Shown here piece after piece: positions 1-13,033 of a DNA stretch of 64,000 nt (position 1 is the stretch's first letter; each line of letters starts with the position of its first letter). The position numbers were made by a program, and so were the translations under genes. The stretch comes from Moniliella sp. 'wahieum'. Lineage: Eukaryota. The stretch is taken from positions 248,001 through 312,000 of the forward strand of contig RSEE01000024.1 in assembly GCA_003971905.1 (NCBI GenBank), given 5' to 3'. Below the pieces are notes generated by a model. It ran no database searches. It was given only the letters and a program-made list of their open reading frames with translations, and was not told the DNA's origin.

Positions 1-472
1 GATGCCAGCCGCGCTGTTCTTCCACCAGAGAGGGCTGAGCCTCAGCGCTGACTCGCCCAATTGATCGTTCACATCATTTTATCCTCGTCTTGCTAAGCTC
101 CCGTGCAGACGTGGTAGTAAAATCGCTGTCTTCCATAGTGTGAACGATCTTTCTCAGCTATTGGAAATGCGTGGCTTGGCGTGAATACCCGCTCAAGCGA
201 AAGCATCTACGACTCTTCTTGTGTGGGTTCTCCGGAATGAGCCCGTGAGGAAAAGCTCTCGAACAAGCACACCGACAAGTGCGGGGGAGAGGACAAACGC
301 TCATTGTGTCGGCTCGTACCCAGAGCAGTGAGAATCGAGTTTCTCAACACCAAGCGCAACAAACGAATCCTAGTTGATCCAGCACTACAGGGAGCAAAAG
401 TGGGGGCATCGGGTAAAGCAGAAGCGGCTGCAACAGAAGGACAAGCATGCAAGCAACATAGCAGCCGTCGGT

Positions 473-1567
473 TCACCACGTATGCATCTGCCGCTGCGCC
501 CACTCGACCGCGACAAAGGTGGCTGCATTGGCAAAGGGAGCGCGCACCAGGGTGGGAACCAAGCCACGGAAGAACCCCTTGACCCCGGTCTCGTGGTAGA
601 TGGCCCGGGCACAGGCGGTCATTCCTGCGTACTTGCGTTCCGCGGGGAGACAGCGTCGGTTTGCATGCGCGATTTGATTACGCTTGGAACCCACACCCGA
701 ATCAGTTGCCAGCTCATCATCGGAACAAGAAAGGAATGGGACGTACTCAATCGGGTACACCATGGCCCACAGTGCCACGCCAGCCGAGGCACCAGCGACC
801 ATAGCAGAGGAAGCACTAAGTTGGTCCCGCGGTTGACCCTTGAGGATGTGCTGGACGATTTCTTCGTACGTCCAAAAGTAGACGCCCATCCCATGTCCTT
901 CTCTCAAGATCGTCGGCCACAAGCCATGGAACACCCCACGAATGCCACCGGCCTTGAAGATTTGGCGGAGCGCATCCATAGGACCCTTGTAGGATTTGTG
1001 CAGGGCCACCTGCGCCTGCAACCGGATTCGTACATGTTCCACAGGCGAAGCAACAAACGAGTTGGCTATGCCGGCCACTGCACCGGACAGGTACAGTTGC
1101 GTTGCAGTAAGCGGACCTGGTTTTCCATGTGTGAAGAGCCGCTTCATCTCCTCCACCACGCCGAATTGGATGGACACGCAGGCACCAACACCCAACAGGG
1201 GGGTGAGTGTTCCCTGAGGATATGTCAGTCTGCGTGCATACACAGCACAGCCACAAGAGGGGAATGGCGAAGCGGGATCGGGGGGGCACGTACCTTGTAG
1301 AACCCAAGCGGGCCTTCCTTGACAAGAATTTGCTTGGCACAGTCCACTACGCCTAGAGGGTGGGAGGTACGTCGACCGTCAGCGGTGGGCTCTGCTGGGA
1401 CGTGAATCGGGAGAGCGGAAGGGGGGAGCAGACGTACCTTTGTACATGCCCTCGGGGGCGGTTTGGAGGCGGACCTTGACAATGTCAAACGGCTGGCCCA
1501 CCAGCACCTGGGCCACTCCACCTGTCGTGCCTGACAGCACGTCTTTGACCGGCTGCGAGAGACCCAT
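473..1567 (-). CDS. Mitochondrial carrier family protein (YMC1/carnitine-ornithine carrier-like), intron-containing
   Basis: N-terminus MGLSQPVKDVLSGTTGGVAQVLVGQPFDIVKVRLQT; carrier signatures PFDIVKVR, PVEHVRIR and YPI(E/D); introns at about 1355-1436, 1217-1293 and near 690-743. Confidence 0.9.
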
Positions 1568-2663
1568 TCTGATCGATGCCTCACGGGGAAGGGGGGCGGA
1601 GGCAGGAAAGGGAGCGGACGGAGGCGGAGGCAAGCGAGGAGCACAGGGTGGTGCCCAGTGGGGAACGGATGGACAGACGAAGTGGAGGGATGGAGGACGC
1701 GTCAAGGCGTCGAGCGTGCAGGCGTCCAAGGAGCAAACGCCAAAGCCGGCCCCGGACAAAAGATAACAAATTTCTCAAATCGTCTGCCTTGCGGAGACAA
1801 GCGCCGGCCCACCGCAAATCCCCGCCGCCATCGCAGCCGCCGCGCCAGCAGTGCGCGCCAGTGCCTGCCAGTGCGCGCCAGTGCCCCACCCAGCAGGGCA
1901 AACGCCCACACAGGCCCCACGCCGATCGGAGGCACGACAGCCGCCCTGTGCCGTGCTCGGTCACCGGTCATCGGCCGGTCATCGCTCGATCATCAGTGCA
2001 TCAGCGCTCAGCGGCCCATCGGCCTCAACCTTCAACGTTTCAACCCGGCCCAAACCAACGTCATCGATCATCGACATATTGCCTCCTAACGGATACCCGG
2101 TAACCCACGGGTAGTCGTCACACGTCTCGTGTTCACGTTCATCAATCCTCGCCAATCGACCGCCGGGGCAAGCAGGGCGGGGGATCCGATCGAGCGTCTC
2201 TCTTCTTTCTCATTCGCAGTGATTAGTGAGGGGTGGCGCTGGGTCCATGGCGCCGTGTACGCGTGCCAAGAAGGAGAAAAACGAGGGAGCAGGGTGCGTA
2301 GATTCATCGATCATCCGGGACCAAGAGCCGTGTGGTATCGTCCGAGTACAGAGGATGGAGGGAAGAAGAAGAAAATGATAGGGGAAGGGAAAGCGCAAAG
2401 GAAAAGGGAAAGGCGTCCAAGGGAAAGGGAAAGGGTGAGGGGAGATGAGATCAGGATAGGGATAGGAATCGTGGAACACTAGAGTTGTTACCGATTATCC
2501 CACTCCGTCCGTCTGCCCCGCACGAGCTCGTGGGGGCACTCTCGAAAGAGACGTAAGCGTAAGCGCAAGCACTAAGCAAGATCCAACGTGCCAGGGCAAA
2601 CCACACCCCCATCAGCCCCAAAACCGCATCCGCACCTCACCTCCCCCCCTTCCCACGGCCCAC

Positions 2664-5600
2664 CTACGCGGCACGCAGGCCGCGCGCCGGATCGTACTCG
2701 TACTCGCCAAAGATGGGGAGGACGTTGGACCAAGTGGGCTGGTTTGGGTCCTGGGCCGAGGAGGAGGAGAGACTTTTCGCGTGCGCCAAGGCCGAGGCGG
2801 AGCGGGGGTACAGGCCCTTGAGCTGGCCCGATCGCTCACGTTCCGCCCAGTAGGCCGCGGTGGCAGTGGTGCGCATCTCGTTGGGGGTGGTGAGAGCGGT
2901 GGGACTGGGCCTGGGACTGGGACTGGGACTGGGACTGGGACTGGACTGGGAGGGACTGGGATGTGACGCGGGAGGAATGAGAGGAGCGAGAAGGTGATCG
3001 AATGTGGCTCGCTCGGCGGAGCGGTTGACCCGACGCATCCGACGCTGTTGCCGACGCTGGTGCCGACGCTGACGCAGCTGACGCGGACGCCGCCGGTGTA
3101 GAGTAGGAGGAAGGGGCGAAGAGCGGCCGCCAAAGGACACTCTGCGAATCAGGATCGGAAGACCGTTCGAACCAGCGCGGACGGTGCGGTGCCAGCTCGC
3201 CCTGCTCGACTTGTCTGCGTCGAGCACGCTGGAGCTGTTCAAGGGCATACTTGAGTCCCTCAGCCATGTCGAACTGGCCCGACTCGAACGCGCGCAAGTC
3301 GGGGCGGAGACGCGAGTCGGTCGGCGGCAACCACGGGTGCAGCCCAGCAGGAAGATCGTTCAAGGTCGCAGCGTAGGGGGGTAAGTTGAATGCCGCCGGG
3401 GGCTTTTCCGAGTTGGTCCAGAGTACCACTGCTGCGCCCGTTTCAGCACCCCCGTCCGCGCCCGCACCCGGTTCGGATCGATGAGCACGCGCGACTAACT
3501 TCTCGCTCCATTTACCGGCAATGTCCCATGTGAGCTGGCCTCGCATGTCGTACACGCCACCCGTGATACCAAATGCGTCCTTGCCGCGCCAGCCACGCGG
3601 CTTGAAAGTGAGCACGCACCGGTCGCCCGTCTGGTGGTTGACCACCTCCATCTCGCCATAATGGTCAATGGTGGTCTGGCCCAAAAGGAACCCGCTGACA
3701 CAGGTGGTGACCTTGTTCCACGTATAATGTTCGAGCACATGAGGTTCGTCCCCGGCGGCCTGCAGCGGGAACGCCGGTTGCGCAGGCGACAGGGCCACGT
3801 GGGCGTTGTGGCCATGTGGCAGGGCGGCCACTTTGGCATTCTGTCCCGGTGCGAGTGTAGGTGTGCGCACCCACTTGGCGGGCACTTTGAGATGGGCATG
3901 GGCCATGCCCGTCGGTCGGATCTCAAACGTGCGTCCGGTGAAACGGTTTTGGGCATCCACCGAGCCAAAGTATTCCCACCGCGGACTTTCGGCAAAGCAG
4001 GCCGAGATGGGCGGGTGGTGGGAGACTTGCTCGCTATAGTAGCGGTACTGTCCTTCGATCGACACGTACTCAAACTAGTATCAAACAGGGAGTTAGCCAC
4101 CTCTCAGCACACCACACCGCACCACACCACACCAGATATCCCACAACCACATGACGCGATACGACACTGGGGGGTGCAAACCGTGGCGGGGAAGAACGAA
4201 CGGAACGTACAGTTTCGCCCAAGAGCGGGTTGAAAGGTTTGGCAATGCGGCCAATGGTGGAAGAATAGTTGGACATGGCAAAGGCAGCGACCAAGGCGGT
4301 GCGCAAGCCAGCATCGCGGGTTTGACTCGCCTGGTCGAGGCACGAAGCGAATTCCATATCCTCCGCCATGCGCTGGAGCATGGAAGTGGGTTCGTTGAAG
4401 GAGACGAGGGGAAACTGATCTTGGTCAGATCTTTGCCAATGTTGTTCTTCAGTACAGACCAGAGCGATATATGGGGTCGCTCGTCGACGCCAATGGGGAA
4501 ACGGGTGCGCAAGTGCGTGTAAGGACCGTAGGCGTCCCAGGCACCTATCTTCTCCATCACAACCTCGTCCAGCGGGGCCAAGGTCGGAGTGGGCGCTACC
4601 GCGCCAGCGGGCATAAGACCATGCTCCACCGCATCGAAAAACTCTTCTTCGTGCGACCCCGGATCGTCCAATTGCTGCAACTCACGCAACACTTCCTCAG
4701 GGATGATGCCCACCGTCCCATTCGCCGCCGTCGCGTGAGAACCCGACGGCATGGCTCCAAACTCATCCACTGTGGTCGTCGCCTTGGTCGCAGCAGCCGA
4801 AGCTGAAGCCGAAGCCGCAGGCAAAGCCGAAACAGGTGTGCTGCCGCTGCTGCCTGGGGAGACGACAGCGGGTACCGCACCCAACCCCCCGCCAACACGA
4901 CGGAGAGACTGGTGCAACCGACGAAGGGTGGCGCGTCGAACGGTATCCTGTGCCTCACGTGCGCGCAACGTAGCTTCTACCGTATCGTACTGTTGGGCCA
5001 ACAAGGTCAAGTTGCGTTCCCACAGGTGACGCGCCTGGACTTCGTGTGCATACCGTAGCGCAAAGAACGCTTCGCGTTCTTGGGCCATGCTCAGATGCCG
5101 TTGGACCAACATCCGAATTGCCGCCACGTCCTTGGCCAACGCTTGGGCCGCCAACGGATCCGAAGCGTCATGGGCAAGCGCCGCTGCCAACTCCTCTGCA
5201 CCGCCGAGCGCGTGGCCAAGCAGGCAGAGGAAACTAGCGGGAAATCTTCTTGGTACGGCAGGTAGCCAACCTTCCTCCTTTTCATTTTCGTCCGAGTGTG
5301 GTGAGCACCTCGGCGCTTCGTCTTCGTCGGCGGGGGGCACGGCGGTGGGGATGCCGCCCAAAGAGGGTTTGGGGAGGGGCGTAAGAGTAGTGGCGGTGGA
5401 GGTGAGCAGGTCAGAACCAGAAGAACCCGCGGACCAAGGTGGGGTATTGTAGGAGCCACCTAGCCCCGTCAAGGAAGAAGTAGCGTCGGCGGTCACTTTG
5501 GACCGGGGCAGACCGAGCATCGACGTCTCCTCTTCCGAACCCTGTGGGCCAGGACTAGGACCCGTGCCCGGGCCAGCAGATCCCGATCCCGATCCCGACC

Positions 5601-7779
5601 TCGAGCCCGAAGCCGAAGCCGAACCGGACAGGCTGGTGGACAGGCCCTGGTCCGTGGCGGGCGCGAGAACCGAAGCTGAACTGGATGAAGCGGTCCAGGA
5701 GGTAGGGAGGAAAGGGGACGACGACGGTGGTTCTTTTCCGTGAGCGACCAGGGCCGAGCGAGGAGGCAGACGGGGCAAGGCGGGCAGGGCCGCTGGACCC
5801 TCGGACCCGGATCCAGTCCCCGATCCGCCCGCGGCCGCCGCCCCGGATCCGGCCCCAAGCAAAGGTAGGTGCAGTTGCGAAAAGGAGGCTACCGAGAGAC
5901 GTGCGAGCGAGGTGGGCGGGGCAACGACGGTGGCCGTGTCGTCGGCGACGTTGGTCGTGCTCTTGGTCGCGTCCGGGCGGGTGGGAGAGGCAGGTTGTTG
6001 GTGACGAGTAACGAGCCGCGACGGCTCGTGCTACCTGGACTGATGGGCGGGCTGGCGGCCGAAGGGTCGTAGCTTTGGACCGGAGCCAGCGGGTCGGCCA
6101 CCTGGGCTTGGCGCAAGGCCTGGAGCCACCGTGTGCGGTCGGAAGGACGCGCACAGCGCATCACTAGTCGCACGCCTGAGTGACGGACAGGATGGAGACC
6201 GCGCACATGAAAGCGGGTGCCGTCCACTGGGTCGGCCAAAATGTGCGCCGTGCGTACATCCACACACCCAGCACTGGCATTGGCAATGTTATTGATCCAC
6301 GATGCGCTGTCGGCACTGGTCAGCACGGGCTCGTCAGCCGGATCATGATAAAAGGCAAGAATGCCTTGTGCGAGCGCAAACCAACGCGTCTTGAACCGTC
6401 GGCTGGGGAAACCATAGTATTTGGTCAGGTACCCACGACAGATGGGAGCTGCCAGCTGGATTGCCCCGCTTCCACTTTGGCTCGGCGGCGAAGGAAGCTC
6501 GTCCGGGGGAGCCAAGGAGCGATGGGAGGAACCAAGTTGGTCCAACAGGGCACGGATCGAGGGCGGCGCCACATCCGCCGGCGAACGACCGCGCGCATCA
6601 CGAATGTACACGTTGCCACATGCCTGGCCAATCATCTTGACCAAGCGCGCATCGCCACGGGCGGAAGCAATGTGCAACAGGGTGCCGCCTTGGGTGTTGG
6701 TAAGCGGGCGGTCGAGGTCAAGGTCGTGCATGATGGGACGAGCCAAAAGGGAGAGGAGTGTGTTGCGCACCGTGCCATCCTTAGGCTGGTCGACGTAGGC
6801 CTGGGAGGCTTGCTGCACCTGCGTCTGGAGGGCAGAGTAGGTGGTCCAAAAGACCTGGCCAACGGCTGGCGAGGCAGCAACCTCGCTGGCCGTCTGGCCC
6901 TCCTTGTTGCGCACCGTCACGTCCACCCGAGGCTGGGCGAGGAAGAGGGCTACGACATCAGCGCGGCCCAAGGCCGAGGCCAGGTGGAGCGCCGTGTTGC
7001 CCGTGTCGGCATCGGGCAGGTTCAAGTCGCGCGGACGGAGGGTGAGGACGGCTTGGACGATGCTGGGCTGGGCGGAGCGGACAGCGAGGTGGAGGGGCGA
7101 GATGAGTTGGTGGGGGAGAGCGGAGGAAGGGGGGTGGGTGACAGCGGCGTGGAGGGCCTGAGGGTCGCCTGTCTGGAAGGCCTCGAGAAGGTGGAAGGAG
7201 TAGAGGGCCTGGTGTACGGATGCGTTGGCCTGGTGCGCCTGGGCCGCGATGGGGTCTTGGGGGGGCGTGGCAGGGGCTGGGGCAGGGACAGGGGCAGGGG
7301 GGAGAGGAGGCCTCGGGCGCGGCAGCGGTGGAAATGGGGCCGAGGCGGGTGGGCTGGCTGAGGCTGCGTGGGCGCGCGGAGGGGCGGGGCTCGCGGAAGG
7401 AGGTGGGCGGGGGCGGGAGCGGGGGCGGGGGCGAGGGCGTGTGCGCGTGCGGCGGAGGTCGTGGGAAGAGGCAGAGGCCGAGACCGATGCGCGGGAGACG
7501 TGCTTGGAGAGGGCGCGGAGCTTGCGCGCAGGGAAGGCGGCGACGGAGGTGGCGACGGAGGCCGGGCGGCCGCGGCGCGGGGTGGCGAGCGTGGGCGAGC
7601 TGGCGGAGGCGCTGGGGGGCGCGGGCCAGGACGGAGCGGCTGGTGAGGTGGGCGCCGCTTACGGCCGGTACGCCCGCGCCGCCTGCGCCGAGTGCGGCGT
7701 CGCGCGGGGCGGCGATGGCGATGAGGGGGATGGCGCTGGCGACGAGGGCGGGGGCGGTGATGGGGGGGGGCGCGTCCAT
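2664..7779 (-). CDS. Oxysterol-binding protein-related protein with ankyrin repeats, PH domain and ORD (Osh1/Osh2-like)
   Basis: Ankyrin [12 protein letters not shown] and [10 protein letters not shown]-like [19 protein letters not shown]-like [12 protein letters not shown] motifs [30 protein letters not shown] and EQVSHHPP. Split across frames by an intron (~4075-4208) and several indels. Confidence 0.92.
2901..2960. repeat. (GGGACT)n hexamer microsatellite encoding an SQ/SP tract near the OSH C-terminus
   Basis: Tandem gggact units, two imperfect, visible directly. Confidence 0.85.
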
Positions 7780-8043
7780 GGGGGGGGGTGGTGGTGGGGG
7801 GCGGAGGAGGCGGGAGGGCGGGTCAGCAGACGGGCGTGGCGGCGGGGGGGCGGTTGGGCGGTCACGCGGACGGGAGCGTTCAGGCTGAGCGCAGGGAAGC
7901 GGAGCACTGCCGCGGCGCCCCAGTGTGTGCGCCGCGGAGCGTGGCTGGCTAGGGTTCTGCTATACGGCTACAACTTTACCCTGGGTCGATTTGTCAACAC
8001 GCCACTCGAGCATCCTCCACATCATCATCATCCCAGTCCCCCC

Positions 8044-9858
8044 TCAGCGCAGCGTCTTCGCCCGGTACAGCAGCAGGTACGCCACCGAGTCTTCCCCCCC
8101 GCCGTCCAGCTGGCCGATCTTGTCCAGCCCCACCACACCCACCTTGTCGTCGTTGAACTGGTACCACCCTCGCCCTCGCCCCCCGCCTCCCCCCCGTCCG
8201 CCGCCGCCTTCTTCACCCACGACATGTAGTGCCCGCCGTCCGCCATCGGCCCCTTGTGCGTCACGATCCCCACCAGCTCGTACAGCCCCGTCGCGTTCGA
8301 CCCCACGTCCGCCGCCAGCGTCGGGTCCACGGCCGCCGCCACCTCCGCCTCCTCCTTGGCCCGCAGCGCCTTCTCCGCCTCGGGCGACAGCACCTCCCCC
8401 TCGGCCGCCCCGGCCATCTGGTCCTTTTCCAGCGGCGCCTCCGCCTCCGTCCCGGTCCCGGCTTCGCTCAGGCTCGTCGGCCGCGGCCCGTCCACCGCCT
8501 CGTTCCAGGTGCGCGCTTCGAGCTGGCGCTGGGCGGTGCGCTCCTTGACGCGCGCACGCACCTTGGCGCGTTCCTGGCGCGCCTTCTCGACCGCGCGCAG
8601 GGTATCTGCGGCCTTGCGTGTCTTTTTCTGCAGCGTTTCCGTAAGCAGATCAAATGTATCTAGTTCCAATGGGAAGCGTACTTTGCGCATAATCTTCGTC
8701 TTGCGTTCCACGTCCCGCCGCCAGTAGAACCGAACAAAGTGGCAGGCCAAGTAGGCTGGCAAGCGCGCCACCCTGCGTTCTTCTGCGTACGCCGCCGTAC
8801 GGCCCAACGTGGGCGAATGTTTCTCAATCTCTTCGGTGAGACCGGCGAGCAGGCCCTGCGTCATCTCGTTCGTCTTGACAGTAATGTTGCAGGACAAGAG
8901 CGAGAAGGGTTCCAGCGTCTCGCTGGCAGGCTCCTCGGGCGCTTCGGGGCACGAACGTCGAATGGCCATCTGCCCCGACATGTACTCCGACACAAAGTTG
9001 TGCTCGGGCAGCGCAGCACCTTGCGCTTGGCCCGTCGCCGTCAGCGGTGGCAACGACGATGCCAACGCGTTCGTGATGCGCACCCAAGCCTCTTGCGCAT
9101 CTTGCTGCGCGTACCCACCGCCTTGCGCCGCGGGCACCCGCTCGGCAAATTGCGGTGCCACCTGGCGCAGCAGCTGCACCGTCACCACGACCACCACCAC
9201 AATAACAATAACAATAACAAGAAGAAGAAGAAGAAATCCCAATCCATGTTAGCCTCATCCACACAAACTCGAGCAGTCATAGAAAGAAAAAAGAAGAAAC
9301 AGAGGAAGAAGAAGCGGAAACACGTACCGAAAGGAACGCGAGCGGGGGGAACGGCTCGGTGGTCTCGGCCATGCTCTTGTACAGATCGCGCAGCGCGGCG
9401 GTCAAGTTGTGTTCGCCGTCGCTCGATCCCAGTCGGCCAGGGTACTGTTGCAGCGCGGTCTGCAGTTCGGGAATGGCGCGAAGCACTTGCAAGGTCGAGT
9501 TGAGGTAACACGTGTTGCCCAAATTGATCAAGCCAACGTGTTGCTTTTGGGCCAGGGCCAAGTCCTTGTCGGACATGTCTTCGAGGAAGGTGATTTTCTG
9601 CGTAGGCGCCTGCGGCAAAGGTCCAGCCGTACCAAGCAGCATGAACACTTGTCCATTCTTAGCCCCGAGCGTGGCGAGGTCAGTCGTGTCCTTGAGCATG
9701 CCGCCTTTGACCATGACCTTTTGGCGCTCGACCGGCACGCCCGTCTGGGCATAGATGGCCTCTTTGAAGGCGCGCGCCAGCGTCGGGTCCAGCACAACAT
9801 CGTGCACCTTGCCGGCGTGCTTGATCTTGACGTTCAAGGGAGCCGCCATCTTGCCCAT
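8044..9858 (-). CDS. UBP6: Proteasome-associated ubiquitin C-terminal hydrolase (Ubp6/USP14)
   Basis: N-terminal UBL domain (VKIKHAGK..TGVPVERQKVMVKGGMLKD), Cys box GLINLGNTCYLNSTLQ, QQDAQE, His box THKGPMADGGHYMSW; intron at about 9174-9328. Confidence 0.95.
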
Positions 9859-10415
9859 CGGCTGTGGTGGGAGAAAGAAGCAGCGTGGGGGGAAGCGCCG
9901 AGAAGAGAAGCGCACCGTGGGCCGGGGACGCGTGGATGCTCGCCCGCCCCCGATGGGCGGAACACACCGCCGGGCGGAACGCGATGGGCAATGTTTAACG
10001 TTTAATGTCCACTGCCACCCGCGGAATGGCTGATGTAACCCGTCGCACATTTACCCCGCTGCATCACCCCAACCACAGCCAGCCTGTCTGCCGTAGTGCG
10101 TGTGGGCATGTGTGGCGTGCCCTCGGGTTCCCTCCTCTGATGGCCGTCAGAGCGGCCAGCTCGGGTCTTGCGGAGTAGTTACCCAAAGGGAAGGAGATGA
10201 TGATAACAAAGCCACCTGCTTCATGTTTCTCTCGCCTATAGCACGCACAAGGTGTTTAAAAAATCATGTATTGGGTAAGGTGCTGTACAAAATAGGAAAA
10301 GCATTGCAACTGTACCATCTCATGTACCTACTACCAGTCCCAAGGCTGACGTTCCGGCCGCATTGCCCATTCCTTCCCATCTTCCTGAACTTCCTCGCGT
10401 CCGTAGCGACTGCCC

Positions 10416-12317
10416 CTACCCCGACTGCTCGGACGTGGGGGGCAAAGCGGCGGCGCGAGCGACCAAGGCACCCACAGTCAACACGCAGTTCGGCGTGCTT
10501 TCCCGCTTGCTCTCTGTTTCCGTTTCCGTTTCCGTCTCCGTCTCCGTCTCTGGTTCCTTCTCCGTCTGCGTGCCCGCATCTGACTTCGTATCCTGCTGCA
10601 TCTCCTCTTGAGCCATATCGAGAAAGGCCAAGAGGGTAGAGCGCAACGTGGGTCCCAACCTGCGCTGCAGGCGCTCTTGCAACGCAGAGGTGTACCGACC
10701 GGTGCGCAAGCCAACACTAAGGCACAGCGCATCACCTGCCCCCGCCACGTCCAGGGTCACCCCCGGTCCACTCGGTTGCGGTGCTTGCGCCCACGCCAAT
10801 AGGTCCACACCATGCACCACGCCTCCCGATTCTTGCCCCTCTGCGGCACCGCCAGGGTCGCCCGCTAAGCCACCGAGGTTGGACACTTCCAATCCAATCC
10901 CCGGTGCGCGACCTCCTTGGCAGCAAAGAACGTTTCCCATCCGGTGGGCAAGGCGGGTGTCGGCGGGGCAGAGGGGATGTAGGCTAACATGCCAAGCGTT
11001 TGTAGTGACTCTTTGGCTGTCGACGGCGCGCGGAGTAAGTGTTGAGTTGCTGTGCCAAAGGCCAAAATGCCGTCGTGGACCCGATCTGTGCAGAGGAGGG
11101 GCGGGGAAGGGGTCAGGAGAGGAAGCGAACAAGGGGAAGGGACACAAGGGACACAAGGGACACAAGTGGAACAAGGGGAACAAGAGGAAACAAGGGGGAA
11201 CAAGAAGGAATGAAAGGGGAAAAAAAGAACAGAAAAAAAAAAAACAGCGCGGGGGAGAGCATACCTCAGCGGTCCATTCAAGCGAAGCCACAAAGTTGCC
11301 CGTCGTATATGGCAGCGGTTCCGACGCCAAGGCCTTATCGCGCACATTGATAGCAATGGCCGAGGTGATGCGATGTGGATTCTGGGCGTTGGGAGGCAGA
11401 GCGACGGTATGGAGGGCAACGAGGGCAAGGGCGTGCAAGACCGCGTGTAAACCGACGATACCATGAGGCTTGGCCACCGTTTTGAGTCGCGCGAGCACAT
11501 GCGGGATAAACAGGGTTTGCAGGAAGCCCGGATCATGCAGGTGCGATCCCAGGTCCGGGTTCATTGCCTCATTCCCAGGCCAGAGCGGGGAAGGCGAGCG
11601 AGGGGAATGTGTCCAGGCGGACAGCCAATGGGAAGAAAGGATAAGGAGAGACACGGTTGGATCCGTGGCCAGACCAGCTCACGTACTACCACCTGGCTCA
11701 GTCGGGCCAACGAAGGAGCCATGGGCAACACCGTATCGGACGCCGGTGGCAAAGCGCCGCCGGGGCAGAAAGGGGCGCATCCAGCCTACAGGGCACGGAA
11801 AGAGAGCAACTGGAACAGACGGAAGGTGCCTGTACCATCGCTGATCGTATGGTCGCACACTAAGCTCACCCACACCGCACCGGCCTCTTGGTCGGGCGCA
11901 ACGGTCACCAGCCACAGCGGCGCGTCCTGCTCAGAGGTGGCGCGGGACCAGGCGGTCCACTCGGCATGCTGGGCGCGAATCCAAGTGGCAGCCAAGGTGT
12001 CCGCACCCGAGCCGGGAGGCAGCTCGGGCCGTGGCACCAGCTGCACCACCTCCTCGGCCGCCGGCAGCGGGAGCATGCGCCAGCGCGGCGCGTCAGAGCG
12101 TGGGTGGGCAATGCCAGCGCGCAAGAGCGGGTACTGGGCAAGGGCATGAAGGGCGCGGACGCGGGTGCGAGCCACGAGCTGCTCCACGTCCTCCACGCCC
12201 GACGCGCCAAGGCGCAGCTTGGCCACACACACATGCGGGGAACCCGAGGTTGGCGCGCGAGAGGCAGTAGCGCTCGTGCAGCCCCAGCGGACGCAGCTGC
12301 TCAGATGCGGCGGCCAT
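10416..12317 (-). CDS. CoA-dependent acyltransferase, alcohol acetyltransferase-like (HxxxDG)
   Basis: LRPLGLHERY N-terminal motif, VCDHTISDGTG catalytic motif, AINVR..GNFV and EVSNLG C-terminal motifs; frameshifted, with a probable low-complexity intron at about 11.0-11.26 kb. Confidence 0.7.
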
Positions 12318-13033
12318 GCTGCTCGGGATCGACGCCGGCACCACGGTCGGGAGGAGGTGGGGGGGGGGAGGGCTAGCATGCGGTTCAGGCTGAATGCGGC
12401 GGGCGGGGGCGGCCACGTGACGGCCACGCCGGGGCGGAGAGCGGGCACGGCGATTTGAAATGTCGCCTGCCGGGTGGAGAGCACGTGATGGGATGAACGG
12501 CGTGTGATGGGTGTGATGTGCGTGTGATGTGATCGTTCGGCGGGGGGAGCGCAGCTAAGCTAGCGCTAAGCCTTAGCGCTTAGCTCGCTGCTGCGCAGGG
12601 CCAGGCACGGCCGAGAAGCCGGGGGGACGCATGATGTATGATGCATGGTGCATCATGCATGATGCCTGTCAGCCGCACCAGGCCAGCGGCCCAATCCCCG
12701 CACCTGAAACAGCCCGCTGCGCCCTGCCCCCCCCCCCACTGGTGCTGTGCGCCCGATCCCCTCCACCTGTAAGACAGGCAGCGTGGAGGGGCAGGCAGAC
12801 TGCTGCGCGGCTGCCCCACTGGTGGGATGGGAGGTACGCAGTCTCCGCACCAGCAACGCGTCCAACCCAATATAACCAGCAGCCCCCCACTCGCCCGTCT
12901 CCATCCTCCATCCTCCATCCTCCAACACCCCCAACGGCCGGCTGCCTCCGTGGGCCGTACCTGCTTCGTCTCCTCCCCCCTCCCTCCTCCACGCCGGCCG
13001 TGGCTCGACACTGGGCAAACACGCGCTGGAAGC

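Noticed and set aside
6180..8548. Long GC-rich antisense ORFs over OSH and UBP6, and similar ones over gag and PLD
   Set aside because: Expected shadows of high-GC coding sequence; low-complexity Arg/Gly/Pro translations with no motifs.
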